Positions 28,701 through 41,712 of a stretch of 64,000 nucleotides of DNA are shown here, one piece after another. A program made the position numbers and the translations under genes. The notes beneath the pieces were generated by a model. The model was not told where the DNA came from, searched no databases, and worked only from the letters and a program-made list of their open reading frames with translations. Origin of the DNA: Balanoglossus misakiensis (Eukaryota; Animalia; Hemichordata); assembly GCA_040954595.2 (NCBI GenBank), contig CM082580.2, positions 10,580,390-10,644,389 on the forward strand, in the 5' to 3' direction. Every line of letters starts with the position of its first letter. Within the stretch, counting starts at the first letter, position 1.

Positions 28701-31350
28701 GCCCATGAAAATCATGAAAAAATGACAATTTTTCGACTTTGCGAAATCTGAAAATTTGGTCGATTTTTGAAAAAATCATGGGTTATAGCCCATGAAAATC
28801 ATGAAAAAATGACAATTTTTCGACTTTGCGAAACCAGAAAATTTGGTCGATTTTTGAAAAAATCATGGGTTATAGCCCATGAAAATCATGAAAAAATGAC
28901 AATTTTTCGACTTTGCGAAATCTGAAAAATTCGTCGATTTTTGAAAAAATCATGGGTTATAGCCCATGAAAATCATGAAAAAATGACAATTTTTCGACTT
29001 TGCGAAATCTGAAAATTTGGTCGATTTTTGAAAAAATCATGGGTTATAGCCCATGAAAATCATGAAAAAATGACAATTTTTCGACTTTGCGAAACCTGAA
29101 AATTTGGTCGATTTTTGAAAAAATCATGGGTTATAGCCCATGAAAATCATGAAAAAATGACAATTTTTCGACTTTGCGAAACCTGAAAATTTGGTCGATT
29201 TTTGAAAAAATCATGGGTTATAGCCCATGAAAATCATGAAAAAATGACAATTTTTCGACTTTGCGAAATCTGAAAATTTGGTCGATTTTTGAAAAAATCA
29301 TGGGTTATAGCCCATGAAAATCAGGAAAAAACGACAATTTTTCGACTTTGCGAAATCTGAAAATTTGGTCGATTTTTGAAAAAATCATGGGTTATAGCCC
29401 ATGAAAATCATGAAAAAATGACAATTTTTCGACTTTGCGAAATCTGAAAATTTGGTCGATTTTTGAAAAAATCATGGGTTATAGCCCATGAAAATCATGA
29501 AAAAATGACAATTTTTCGACTTTGCGAAATCTGAAAATTTGGTCGATTTTTGAAAAAATCATGGGTTATAGCCCATGAAAATCATGAAAAAATGACAATT
29601 TTTCGACTTTGCGAAATCTGAAAATTTGGTCGATTTTTAAAAAATCATGGGTTATAGCCCATGAAAATCATGAAAAAATGACAATTTTTCGACTTTGCGA
29701 AATCTGAAAATTTGGTCGATTTTTGAAAAAATCATGGGTTATAGCCCATGAAAATCATGAAAAAATGACAATTTTTCGACTTTGCGAAATCTGAAAATTT
29801 GGTCGATTTTTGAAAAAATCATGGGTTATAGCCCATGAAAATCATGAAAAAATGACAATTTTTCGACTTTGCGAAATCTGAAAATTTGGTCGATTTTTGA
29901 AAAATTCATGGGTTATAGCCCATGAAAATCATGAAAAAATGACAATTTTTCGACTGTGCGAAATCTGAAAATTTGGTCGATTTTTGAAAAAATCATGGGT
30001 TATAGCCCATGAAAATCATGAAAAAATGACAATTTTTCGACTTTGCGAAATCTGAAAATTTGGTCGATTTTTGAAAAAATCATGGGTTATAGCCCATGAA
30101 AATCATGAAAAAATGACAATTTTTCGACTTTGCGAAATCTGAAAATTTGGTCGATTTTTGAAAAAATCATGGGTTATAGCCCATGAAAATCATGAAAAAA
30201 TGACAATTTTTCGACTTTGCGAAATCTGAAAATTTGGTCGATTTTTGAAAAAATCATGGGTTATAGCCCATGAAAATCATGAAAAAATGACAATTTTTCG
30301 ACTTTGCGAAATCTGAAAATTTGGTCGATTTTTGAAAAAATCATGGGTTATAGCCCATGAAAATCATGAAAAAATGACAATTTTTCGACTTTGCGAAATC
30401 TGAAAATTTCGTCGATTTTTGAAAAAATCATGGGTTATAGCCCATGAAAATCATGAAAAAATTACAATTTTTCGACTTTGCGAAATCTGAAAATTTCGTC
30501 GATTTTTGAAAAAATCATGGGTTATAGCCCAAGAAAATCATGAAAAAATTACAATTTTTCGACTTTGCGAAATCTGAAAATTTCGTCGATTTTTGAAAAA
30601 ATCATGGGTTATAGCCCATGAAAATCATGAAAAAATGACAATTTTTCGACTTTGCGAAATTTGAAAATTTGGTCGATTTTTGAAAAAATCATGGGTTATA
30701 GCCCATGAAAATCATGAAAAAATGACAATTTTTCGACTTTGCGAAATCTGAAAATTTCGTCGATTTTTGAAAAAATCATGGGTTATAGCCCATGAAAATC
30801 ATGAAAAAATGACAATTTTTCGACTTTGCGAAATCTGAAAATTTGGTCGATTTTTGAAAAAATCATGGGTTATAGCCCATGAAAATCATGAAAAAATGAC
30901 AATTTTTCGACTTTGCGAAATCTGAAAATTTGGTCGATTTTTGAAAAAATCATGGGTTATAGCCCAAGAAAATCATGAAAAAATGACAATTTTTCGACTT
31001 TGCGAAATCTGAAAATTTCGTCGATTTTTGAAAAAATCATGGGTTATAGCCCATGAAAATCATGAAAAAATTACAATTTTTCGACTTTGCGAAATCTGAA
31101 AATTTCGTCGATTTTTGAAAAAATCATGGGTTATAGCCCATGAAAATCATGAAAAAATGACAATTTTTCGACTTTGCGAAATCTGAAAATTTGGTCGATT
31201 TTTGAAAAAATCATGGGTTATAGCCCATGAAAATCATGAAAAAATGACAATTTTTCGACTTTGCGAAATCTGAAAATTTCGTCGATTTTTGAAAAAATCA
31301 TGGGTTATAGCCCATGAAAATCATGAAAAAATGACAATTTTTCGACTTTG
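13781..31350. repeat. 87-bp tandem satellite array, about 200 copies, about 17.6 kb
   Basis: Consensus GAAAATTTGGTCGATTTTTGAAAAAATCATGGGTTATAGCCCATGAAAATCATGAAAAAATGACAATTTTTCGACTTTGCGAAATCT. Register recurs after 1740 bp (20 x 87; 13861 vs 15601). Mostly 0-2 substitutions per unit; no ORFs. Confidence 0.98.
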
Positions 31351-32999
31351 AAAATTTTCAAAAATTCTTCAGACATCCATCCATACATACAGACGCAACT
31401 GATTCCATAAGGTCCCATGGTACATACCAATAGGACCTAAAAATATATATCTCATGTTCCAAAAAAAAGGTGGTTATCGAGTAGATTAAAGCAGCTATTT
31501 CCAAATAAGCGATGCCTGGATGTGAAATAGTGCACGACAATGTTGACGATAATATTTTGCATTCAGTAAATTTGAGAATATTCTGTTGCTGTAAGTTGCT
31601 AAATTCAAAGGGCTTGTCACAAAACGTGACATCTGATAGACACAGGATTATGATGCGGTCAGAGGTGTATGCTTGAGAAATCTTGTCTCTTACTACCTCA
31701 GTGAGCACGAGTCACTACAGATAGGCTTTGAAATGCTCTGGCCGCAACACGTGACGTACAAAGCATCCTTCTGGGAAGAGTCAGCGGTAGGCGTGACGTG
31801 TGGCCGCTTTTTTTTTTGCTCAGGTCCAATGCCGTCAGCTTCACTTTGCGCAGCCTTAAATGTCCATTACCACCGTCAATTTTACAGGGGTTGACGTCAG
31901 CAGATTGAAATTTTCGATTAGTAAAAATGAGCGGGACGCAGATGGTTCTCGAGATTAAGAGGAAGAATTTGCGCCCCCTCCCAAATCGCGGTCCGAGAGA
32001 CGTCATCGCCCCTCGTTTAGAGTTTGTCGAAGATTTCGGACATTGGAAATGGTTATCTTGAAGGAACCTGCCAATATTCTAGTATTGTGTTAACTTTGCA
32101 TTTTCTCCGCAATAAAAATATTAACCCGTGTGAACACCTCGTCCGACTACTGAAGGCAAGACCTGAACTTGCTTTTCATTATTTGGGAAGTCAAACAAGA
32201 AATTTCAATTATACGCACGACAAAATGTTGGAAATACGGGCAAAACGTACAGCCAATGAGGGCCCTTATACACGAGATCCCCGTTCAAAGCTCCCAAACA
32301 TGGATTTGGTTGTTTGTTTGTTTGCGATTACCGCTTTAATTGTACGCAGACTATTTGGAAATGTACGCGGGTATATGATATAGGGTGTTCTCTTGCCCCG
32401 GGGTCGCACCCCCCCCCAACTTCTCCCGTGCACGCATGTGTACACACACGTGAATCGAACGTAGAGCTCGAGGTTGACCATGATGCCAGCCACCAAGTGA
32501 TGAGTTGGCGTGGGTTCATGATAAGCTACTCGACCGAGTTCTCACACTGTTGACGTACCCGAACAATACGAACGATAACGGAGAGTGGGTAAAAAAAATA
32601 CTTGAGAAGGACTCATGTGCTTCCTTGTCTCGTATGAAAATGCGACAGGTTGTCGATATTGCAACTGCTGGCGCTGTTGAAAGCGAAGAACTAACCTATT
32701 TTAAACTAATACATGTAGTTTCCGAAAACGAGAGTCGTATCCGTTTTCACAGTTTTGGCCGTGTCTGCTGATTTGTAAGGTTGTTTGTTTGTTTGTTTGT
32801 GTTTTTGCGAGAGCAGTGGCAAGAGAAGCGAACAACCTCTGAATCAAATCGACGCACTCGTAATGTTGTTGAAAAACAAGGCCCTCGCATAAGTCTGATC
32901 AAGTGACGACGATACGCGTTTGCCCGTGGAGAATTGTTTTTTTTTTTAAAATAAACACATATTTCTGCTGAACTGATGCGCTAGATGATAAAAAAGTGA

Positions 33000-33402
33000 G
33001 CCTCTCACGTCACTAAGGAAGCTGCGCGCGCGGTTTACGCACACGGTCCTCGTTCGCCGCAGCCAATGGCTGACAGTGTCGTCACGAGCGATGACCGACT
33101 CGTGTCACGAAAGCCAATCAGCTAATGGCGTTCGGCAATTTATGACACGATATATTGGCAGTCGGCATCCCTCTCATGTCATTCGCCCTGCGACTTCTTC
33201 AAAGCAGAAACACGGCTCGCTCCTCGCTCGCGAACAAAAAAAGCACGTCAGTATCTAGGTGCATCGCTCCTGCCACTTAGACGGGCAAAAGGTCGCAGTC
33301 CTCGCCGCTCACCCTTACTCCAAGACACCGTTGTTCCGTTACAAGAGTTTCGTGTGGAGATAGCTTTATCCGCACACCGATTCAACACAGTGATAAGTAA
33401 GT
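33000..33402 (+). promoter_or_regulatory. Candidate Pol II promoter with non-coding first exon
   Basis: CpG-rich patch with CACGTCA (33006, 33244), CCAAT (33063, 33114) and ATTGG (33154), followed by a consensus donor GTAAGT at 33397. Confidence 0.35.
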
Positions 33403-36400
33403 GGATTACTCTTTTCATCAATCTGTCATATCAATCTTGTAGCATGTCATAACTTACGTATTCCTTCAGGGGTTGCTTCACCTGTGTTTCTTATTGTGTG
33501 TTTTCAAGATTGTGTGTTGTGTGTCATAAAGTCCACTTTCTTGTTGTAGTAAACGTACAGTGTTCCTGTCAATTTTGAAAAGAAACCACAAAACGTGGAA
33601 ATGCTGAGTATAGAACAAGGCTTAAAATCTTGCTTCCAAATTGAATAAAAAACTAAGATCCTGGGCATGAAAACTTTTGGAGTGGCAGATTACGGTGATA
33701 TTAAGAGCGGCCGACATCATCAGTCAAAAATGTAGATTATTTTCGGTTGACTATGCACAATCATATGCGAATTCTTTGAATCAGTTCAACTGCGGGCACT
33801 GGAGACAACTATGGAGGAAAAGCCCGAGACTGTGTTCCGCGTTCATCTATTTGGAGAAGCGCCTTTTGACTGAGCAAGACATATTTATGATGTTTATGAA
33901 AGCGTTGCCAACTGCAGCATTGAAAAGCTTGCGTGTCTGTCTGTCTGTCTGTTCTTGTATGTCAGTCTATCTGAGATTCACCAATACGTGTATGCCAACT
34001 TCACGAACGATTGATTGATCTGATTGACGTGATTTGATTGCTGTGACGTGTCCTGGTGGGCGTGCCTTGCCTATCGATGATTTTTGATGAACGTTAGCCA
34101 CATACTTTTGTGTCACAGAGATCTGACGGTGTTATAAGAGATATTCCTCGCAATCTCCACATTGCACTAACCTTTATAAGGGTCCATAATTACAGCGCTA
34201 ACATTTGCTGCAACTCGATGTACAGTCACTTTCCCTGTGCAGAATTACAAGCTTAGTGACACAGTGACACATAACATTCCAACCACGGGGGCGTATTCAG
34301 TACGCACGCGGTTAGTTCTAAGGCTTGCCAAATCCATGCCAGGGGCTACGGACAGGTATGATATGTAATAAAATCCGCGCTTTAGGGGGAAGTATGTTCA
34401 CTTTTGTGAAGGTGGAAGCGTTTTAAAATCACGCTCAAACGCATAAAACGCCTATGCGTGACGTCACTGGATAAGATACCTAAAATCCTGCGTTCGATTG
34501 CGCTGTTTCGTATTATTTCTCTGAAAAAGGGGGAAACCAAAGGAAAATTGGCATTTCTCCATCGATTGTGCAAATTCCCATCCTATCCATTGTTGCACAG
34601 CAACTGGAATCCTTCGGTAGCGTCTTGAGGGATTAAGAAAGTAGCATTTGGTGTTTCTCTCCCACGTCTAAGACTCCGGAGCGGTTGAACGGTCGAAAGA
34701 AAGCGTGAAAAATGATCGCTTTTCCTTGGGGTGTCGTACCCGCTAATCGCCAAGAAGTTTTACCTTGGGCAGACACAGAAATCCATATGCTGCAGTGTGA
34801 AAGAATATAATACGCATTCGAATGCCGTTTGTGCGAGTGGTATTCATTTTCTATTGAGTGACAGTCCTAGGAGAGCCTTCTTGAATTAAAGGACTAGATC
34901 TTCAGACTCGCGGAGAAAAACTCCGGGGAGCAACAGGATCTTATCGGCGGTTCAAGTTCAAAGAACGACACTGAAAGTATTTCAAGGTAATTGGGTATTG
35001 TTGAAGTGTAGAGGTGTCGACGATTGTGCACGTCCAAGCTTTGTCAATTTGGTTCGCAATTGTATTTACTTCATTCAGTTGCTCACTTTAGACATCGGAA
35101 AAATGATGTGATTTTCGCTCAGCGATGTCAAGATGCGACTTTGGTGGCTGCTTTAATTAGATCGCGGTGTTAAAAAAAATCGGCGTCTCAATTGATCGAT
35201 CAAAACAGCACAAATTATCAATCAACTTCCGTTTTAACTTCATTTCGGAGGCGAGCGATTGAACAGCCGAGGTGGGCCAGTAATCTGCATGCAATCTGAC
35301 ATTTGAATTCCCTTGCTTGCAGAGGGGGAAACAAATTCAACAACATCAAATTCTCTGTAGTCGTGTCGATGGCGTACTCAAGTTCAAGGGGATTAGGTTG
35401 GAGTAATTATCGCTTTGCGCCCACAAATGACACGCGAGCTGGACTCATTCGTTGAAGCGGCCGTACGTTTGTTGGGTTGTCGTTTTTTATGTCATATCTC
35501 CCACAGTCTGTCTTCCGATGCGTCATAATTTTTTGTAAGCCGTATCGTGTTTACATGAAAGGGCGCATTTTAATGGCATCAATTAAGATATGCCATTCTC
35601 TGCGAGAATCTTGCACGGGGGAGGGGGCGTTCGGTATACCTGGAGCACAGAATATTTCCAGAGAAAACGATCACTTATTGACGTCGGCCTGCTGACGTGT
35701 GGGGTTTAATCCTTCGTTTACCAAGAAAAGAAACCCTTTGACGTGACGATGCCCAACCACGACAAAGTTGTTAACCTTTCACTACAAGTTGCCATGTTTA
35801 CGAATGATAAAAGTATGGATTCTTCGGAAGCCTGCGAAAACTCAGCGCGTAAAACCCGCTTCCAGGGGTTATGTGTATATAACTGCCATGGCCCGTTTAC
35901 GTGCATGCTGTCAGTGTGAGCGCACTGTGTATACTAGTATTTACGCTTGGAAATTGCTGGAAATGTGTATTTTGAAGGCTCTGTGTGACTATGCACTTGC
36001 GCTGGGCGAAAAAAGGCGTCATTTTACGGTATATGGAGATATTAGTACCAAATGTTGTAAAATCGAGCCATTAACTCAGACTTGTACAATATAGGCTATA
36101 TGTGTTTCTAAGCACTGTTTTGATATTTCGCAAATGATACGTAAGTTACAAACAAGCCGTACATTTCATAGACTCGCATGCAGTAACTCTACGTAACATC
36201 AGTTTTGATCAAAGAGCATGAAAAATAATGTTAAAAGTCGCCGCCTTCGAGGCTTGAGATTGCCCAAGCCGATCACGTCTGACTTGCATGGGGGCATGGA
36301 AAGTCAACGAAGTCGGATTACACGATAGACCGTGGAGAAAACACTTTTCTCCCTGGGTTGTTTTGACAGCACACATGCAGATCGAAAGGCGATTATTATC

Positions 36401-36777
36401 AGCCCTGAAGATGCTTTTTGTGTTTTCCCAGTTCCTCTACTGTCTATGCTCGCAGTTACAACCTACCATGATTAGTATAGGAAATGTAACGTTTTTTTTT
36501 TATAACGATAGCTTGAGTCGCTTTCCAGGCGACAGTAAATGCAGACGACACGACTGCTGTTTAATCTGGCCCCGATTTGTTTGCTAGGGGTTACAAGTGA
36601 CAGTTTGAAAAGTGCTTGCTTTGAAAACAAACTGAAGTTACGTATGACGGTATATGGACAAAAAAACCCTGAAAGAAATCCGTTTTTTTTTTTAAATTAC
36701 ACATATTCCGCGTTCGTTCGCTTGCCTCTATTATACTGAGTTTACTGCACTCTACTGCAATACACTACTCTGCACTG

Positions 36778-36880
36778 GTACTGTACTGTACTGTACTGTA
36801 CTGTACTGTACTGTACTGTACTGTACTGTACTGTACTGTACTGTACTGTACTGTACTGTACTGTACTGTACTGTACTGTA
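36778..36880. repeat. (CTGTA)20 pentanucleotide microsatellite
   Basis: Seen directly; source of the spurious STVQY-repeat ORF. Confidence 0.97.
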
Positions 36881-39800
36881 ATCTATCTTTGATATCTCCT
36901 GTCCCAAGTTGTAACTGGCACTATTGGAAAGTAGATTAAACCTGTTTGCGTGAAGGGAGCGCGTACCCATAACTCCACGCAGCCAATGACGCTAATGAAC
37001 TAGACACGACGTCACGAGAAGCGGAAAAGAAATCTGTCGGTGTGCAGGGCAAAGTCACGACCGTAAATTACAGATGACGGGAGTGTGATTGGTGTATTGG
37101 TCATGCAACGTCAATGGCAACCGCGTCATTCACGACAGACAAAGGGCTGTTGCAATACAAAGGCTAGTATACCGCTAATACCGCGAAATTCTCAGTGAAA
37201 CGCATTTGACACAAACTCTCCAAATGAATCACTGTTACAAAATTTTGGAAAGTGTGGTTATGTAAAGCTTTTCACTCAGGCTTATAATCCACTTTTCCTT
37301 AATTCGGTCCATGCTACCTTTCTCCGACAGGAGGTGGCGCTATTGTCGCGAACAGCCCCTAGCCATATCCGTACACCGTTTGTATTCCGACATGAATAAT
37401 TTGTGAATCTTTCTTCAAAAGTCAATCGAGCCTTCGAGGGTTTCGCACGAGAGACCAAACAAGACTTCAACTTATCAGTTTTCGTGTTACAGCAATCCAC
37501 TTTCCCCCAGCTGATTTGCACGGATTAATAAAAGCCACAAAACAACGAATTGCCGAAGGAAATAGAGCAGCACGCCCCAATGTCATGCAATATGTGGGAT
37601 TTTCATGAGTCGCCATTTTAATTGCCCAATCAATCTTGGATGACTAAAGTATTATTGAATTGAGTTGAGTTGAATTGAAGTTTGACGCGTCCAACAGACA
37701 AATAGTGGACTGCCTTCGCTTTCTTCTGCTGTCCTTTCCCGATCTCCGACACAGACTATGGTCGCCGCCATCTTGTCTGTTGTTAGGAAAGCACACTTCC
37801 TTATGACGTTGGCTATGTACAATTTGGTTTGGCACATGCGCATTTAGGCGATCGTCGCCCTTTAAATAGGCCTAATGCACGGACGTAGCAGGGATACAGG
37901 AGAAACATCGAATTGCTGCCTACCATCTGGCTGCCAACGTCGACATTACCCCTCGTTATGAATCAAACGCGTCGATTGATCGGTTCGTTACCACGTGACA
38001 GTGATACACTGACAGAGAAAAAAACATATAAGCGGTTGGAAAACCGGCTTCGTACTTTCACGCAATTCACCGAAATCCTTTTGCGGGAATATCTGTGTTT
38101 CAAAGCCTGTGTAACACTCTCACGTTTCGGGGAAATGCTCCAATTGCCATTAGAATGCGTTCGTTTTGAGCTTTGACAACCTTTAATGGCATCCCCCATT
38201 TAATCCCATTGCCTCCTTGTCTAATTGTATTTGGATAACGCGAGCTCTGATCCATGACCAGCATGAAACAATGCAGTACGTTTATGACGGTCGTTTCAAA
38301 CACGTCCTTTCCTTCTGGCTTGACCCCCCCCCCCCCCCCCCCCCCCCCACTTGACATGTGTGCGCTTGCGCTTCATTACAAGCAATAACTTCAGAGTCAC
38401 TCGGACTTTGTAAGGTTTTGGCTACTCGGCGAAATCGACAGATCACACAAAGGTCAACAAGAGAAAACGTATGTGTGTGTAGCACTGAGCTACCTGTGGC
38501 CTACCTGTTGATGCATTGGTTGAAGTCTGCATATCAATTTACTGAATTAATTGAAGTCATCAATTTTACAGAGATCGGCGCAACCGACTTTTCATTAAAA
38601 CCTATTCGGTCTCACAGTGTGAAAAAAGAACCACGACAGCAACCTGAGAAGGATAATATTTTATTGATGAAGTTAATGAATTTTAATAATGTTCCTTGGG
38701 CACTAGTACCATTTATCATTAATTCAGATCGATTACATACATAATCTTGCGGTTTTTTCTCCCTCTCTTCAAATGGCACTGTGGATTTATTTAAAGATTT
38801 TGCTTTGCCGAAGTTCTCTGATTACAAGGAATAATCGCGACGCGTCAAACGTTAATTTTTAATGCCTTCAATGTAAATAAATTAATTAAAGCAACTGAAT
38901 ACGCGGTCTGAAACCCACGCGAGATTTGAGGCTTGGTCTGCGGCAGTTCTTGGATTCATTTCAATCTCGAGAGACGAAGGTTGGGAAACATTTAATAATC
39001 GGCTTATCGAGTGCTTTTATAACAGGGTGGACCGTCCTTTTGCTGTTTCAAGCTGCCTATTTGCGCCAGTTCTACAATTCTATATTTATTTTACTTTTGC
39101 CATTTGATCTAGAAATGAAATCTCAACAAAGGAGGTCTGACAAACGAAACCTGTCTAGAAGGGGGGGGTTTAAAAATAGCGCCTTTCATTAATTAGCAAC
39201 AAACAGAGGACATCTGGAGTCGTCGCGTCCTTGGTTCTTGACTTCGTCATACTTCTTAAGCATTCGGGCAGATCGCTAACGAAGCTCTGAAGCTATCGCT
39301 CCTCACTTTACCAGGAACTATACTAGTTATCGCCTGTAACCAAACTGAATATCAAAAGTCCTTTCCATTTTCTTTGTTGTATTTTATAATTCATACACGA
39401 ACTGTGTATCCGACAGGCAATGGTTTTTAAAAGACATTGCTGGCGGGCGAGCCTCTTGTTGTTGTTGTCGTCATTGCCCTCTGACATTTTGTCTTCGTGA
39501 CGAAACAGGACTTTCATTCAGGAAACGCATCGTCGTAAACACACATCAAAATACAGCATGCGCAGATACTCTAGTAGCTCGTAGACTGTATTTAACCATC
39601 CACCCTGGCACCGGCGGATGTTCTCCAATTTTCTGACAAATAGTCCATCATTAAGCCACAGTCCCCTTCTCCTTTCATTATCCACAGTACGACGACGACA
39701 TTCTGGCGACAGTGACACGCGCAGTGGGTAATGACAAGTGTCGTGCTCGCGCGAGCGCAAAAAAATCCCAAACACACAAATCAGGTTCAATCGAGTCGGG

Positions 39801-40808
39801 TCAGTCGATATGAATCACCCTCTTCATATTATTCGCCGTTCGTAAATCACAACTAAACTGATAAACTGGATCTCAATCGTGTTTTGAATGAATACGGACT
39901 GTGTGTCAGGCCGGGCGAATGCTACGAAATTCGATGACACGATGCGAAGAAGCCTAGTATAGAATCAAACTCGTGTATGTGTTTTTTCTCTCGCTATGTT
40001 CCATGCGTGGCGCACAAACCCACTGGGTTCTAGACTACATGCAAAGGGATACGTCAGTCCGCCTTGATTGAAACTCTCCCCGGGGGCACTGTCCCGGGAG
40101 AGACTCGAAGCGACATGTCATCAGCAAATCTAATCACCGCCACCGATAACGCCATCGTTTAAGGTAACCTCGCAATTTGCCGTAACGAGAGGACAGACTA
40201 CGGATTGCCTTAGTTAGCTGCCGCGCCCACTTTCTCGTGTATCCCTTCCACCGCCGCGAGGAGATTCACTTGAAGTATTGATAGCGAAGATAGAAATATG
40301 AAAAAAAGTTGTTTTTTCTTGTACTTTCTGAACTCGTTAACGTGTTTCCGTGTTTACCCTGTTGAACTTGAACCATGCAAACTGCGCCGCGTGTTTCTAC
40401 CATGGCGTTATGACCGTACGTGCGTACTGGTTTAGAAATATTTACGTCACTGTACATGTATACCCAGGAGGTTCGCATTAAACCCAACAGACGAATCGCG
40501 GAGCAGACTGCATTAGTCGATTGCTACTAACCATCTTCATATAATTGCTAATAATGTTCGTTAGGTAGCTTTCATTCATTCATTTATTATGAGTGAGCGA
40601 AATGTGACCCCCCCCCCCACCCGATTCCTCCGGCCCACCCCCTCTGGTTATAAATGGAGACTCCCTTAACAAAAGATAAAACGCGCCGTTTCCGTGATTT
40701 TCAATAACGAAGCCTTTGAATAATTAAAAATGTTGACATCGTGCAATTTGTACGGTCGCATCTTCTCCGTCATTCTCTGGTGACGTTAACCAGGGAGGCG
40801 GATCAGCG

Positions 40809-40885
<77 letters not shown>
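40809..40885. repeat. (CAT)25 microsatellite
   Basis: Seen directly; source of the poly-H and poly-D ORFs. Confidence 0.97.
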
Positions 40886-41139
40886 GTTTCCATTTCCGGA
40901 CTCCTGCAATCGCCGCGCCATGTTGGAGATGGTGAATCTGGCTGTGCTTCCCAGTGCCGCCAACATCTCGATTAAATCGTTTACCGTACTCAAGTGAAAT
41001 TTGATCAACACGTGTTATCGGGTTTTAGCGAAAAGCTGCATTCTTAATAGCGGACGTTTCCAATTCGCCAACATGATATCCAAACACCTATCAGGGATAA
41101 TGTGCCACGCATTATACGAGAGACGAGAGGGGCTGGAAG

Positions 41140-41141
<2 letters not shown>

Positions 41142-41180
<39 letters not shown>
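41142..41180. repeat. (GA)n microsatellite
   Basis: Seen directly. Confidence 0.95.
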
Positions 41181-41185
<5 letters not shown>

Positions 41186-41712
41186 TGTCACCGTGTAAAA
41201 TTATCAAAATTTACAACCACTGTTCCTTTGTTTTCAAAATGTCATCGTGGACACACAGACGTGTACTGGGGCACATGTGTGTCTGAGCTTTGGATTAAGT
41301 GCCCTAGGCGTGAATTGTTGGCTGTTAAAGCGTGTTTTGGTTCGAGAATGATGCTTTCACCGTTTGCATCATTTAGTCCGCGAGTATTATAATGACGTCA
41401 CCATTCTTCGAGTGGGTTTAAATCAGTTTATCGTCGTCTGCATGTTTATGCTTCTGGGAGCGTCAAATCACTGTGAATTATCTATTTACTCAACATGTAT
41501 AGCCACTAAATTTAAAGATACTTCTGACCCGTTTGTGCAAGTTACGAACTGCATTGTGACTTGACTACGTGAAGATTTGGAGTAAATGAGCAGTGGGTTG
41601 TAAAAGGTCGAATTTTCTCAGACTTTTACTTGTCGTCTTTTGTATCGAAAAACTGATGGCCGTTGACGGAGTATGTTGTTCAGACGCGAGGGAAGAGATA
41701 AATGACACCCCC
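41181..41712. mobile_element. Candidate MITE with short terminal inverted repeats
   Basis: GGGGGTGTCA (41181) and TGACACCCCC (41703); similar termini form the palindrome at 51572-51611; no TSD seen. Confidence 0.35.

Larger units (their letters stand above)
13436..31443 (+). mobile_element. Non-autonomous Helentron/HINE (pearl/DINE-1-like) element hosting the satellite
   Basis: GGTCCCATT at 13459 is an inverted match to AATAGGACC at 31429 (1 mismatch) and a direct match to GGTCCCAT at 31411. The right end has an ACATCCATCCATACATACAGAC microsatellite, then the stem-loop AGGTCC-CA-TGGTA-CA-TACCA-ATA-GGACCT (31410-31438) and an A-run. The 5' boundary is approximate. Confidence 0.65.

Noticed and set aside
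13781-31350. CRISPR array (regular repeats with an internal palindrome)
   Set aside because: Units are contiguous and near-identical with no unique spacers, there are no cas genes, and the context is eukaryotic.
36752-36970. STVQY-repeat protein
   Set aside because: Translation of the (CTGTA)n microsatellite.
40724-41011. Poly-Asp and poly-His ORFs
   Set aside because: Translations of a (CAT)25 microsatellite; the flanks have no coding character.
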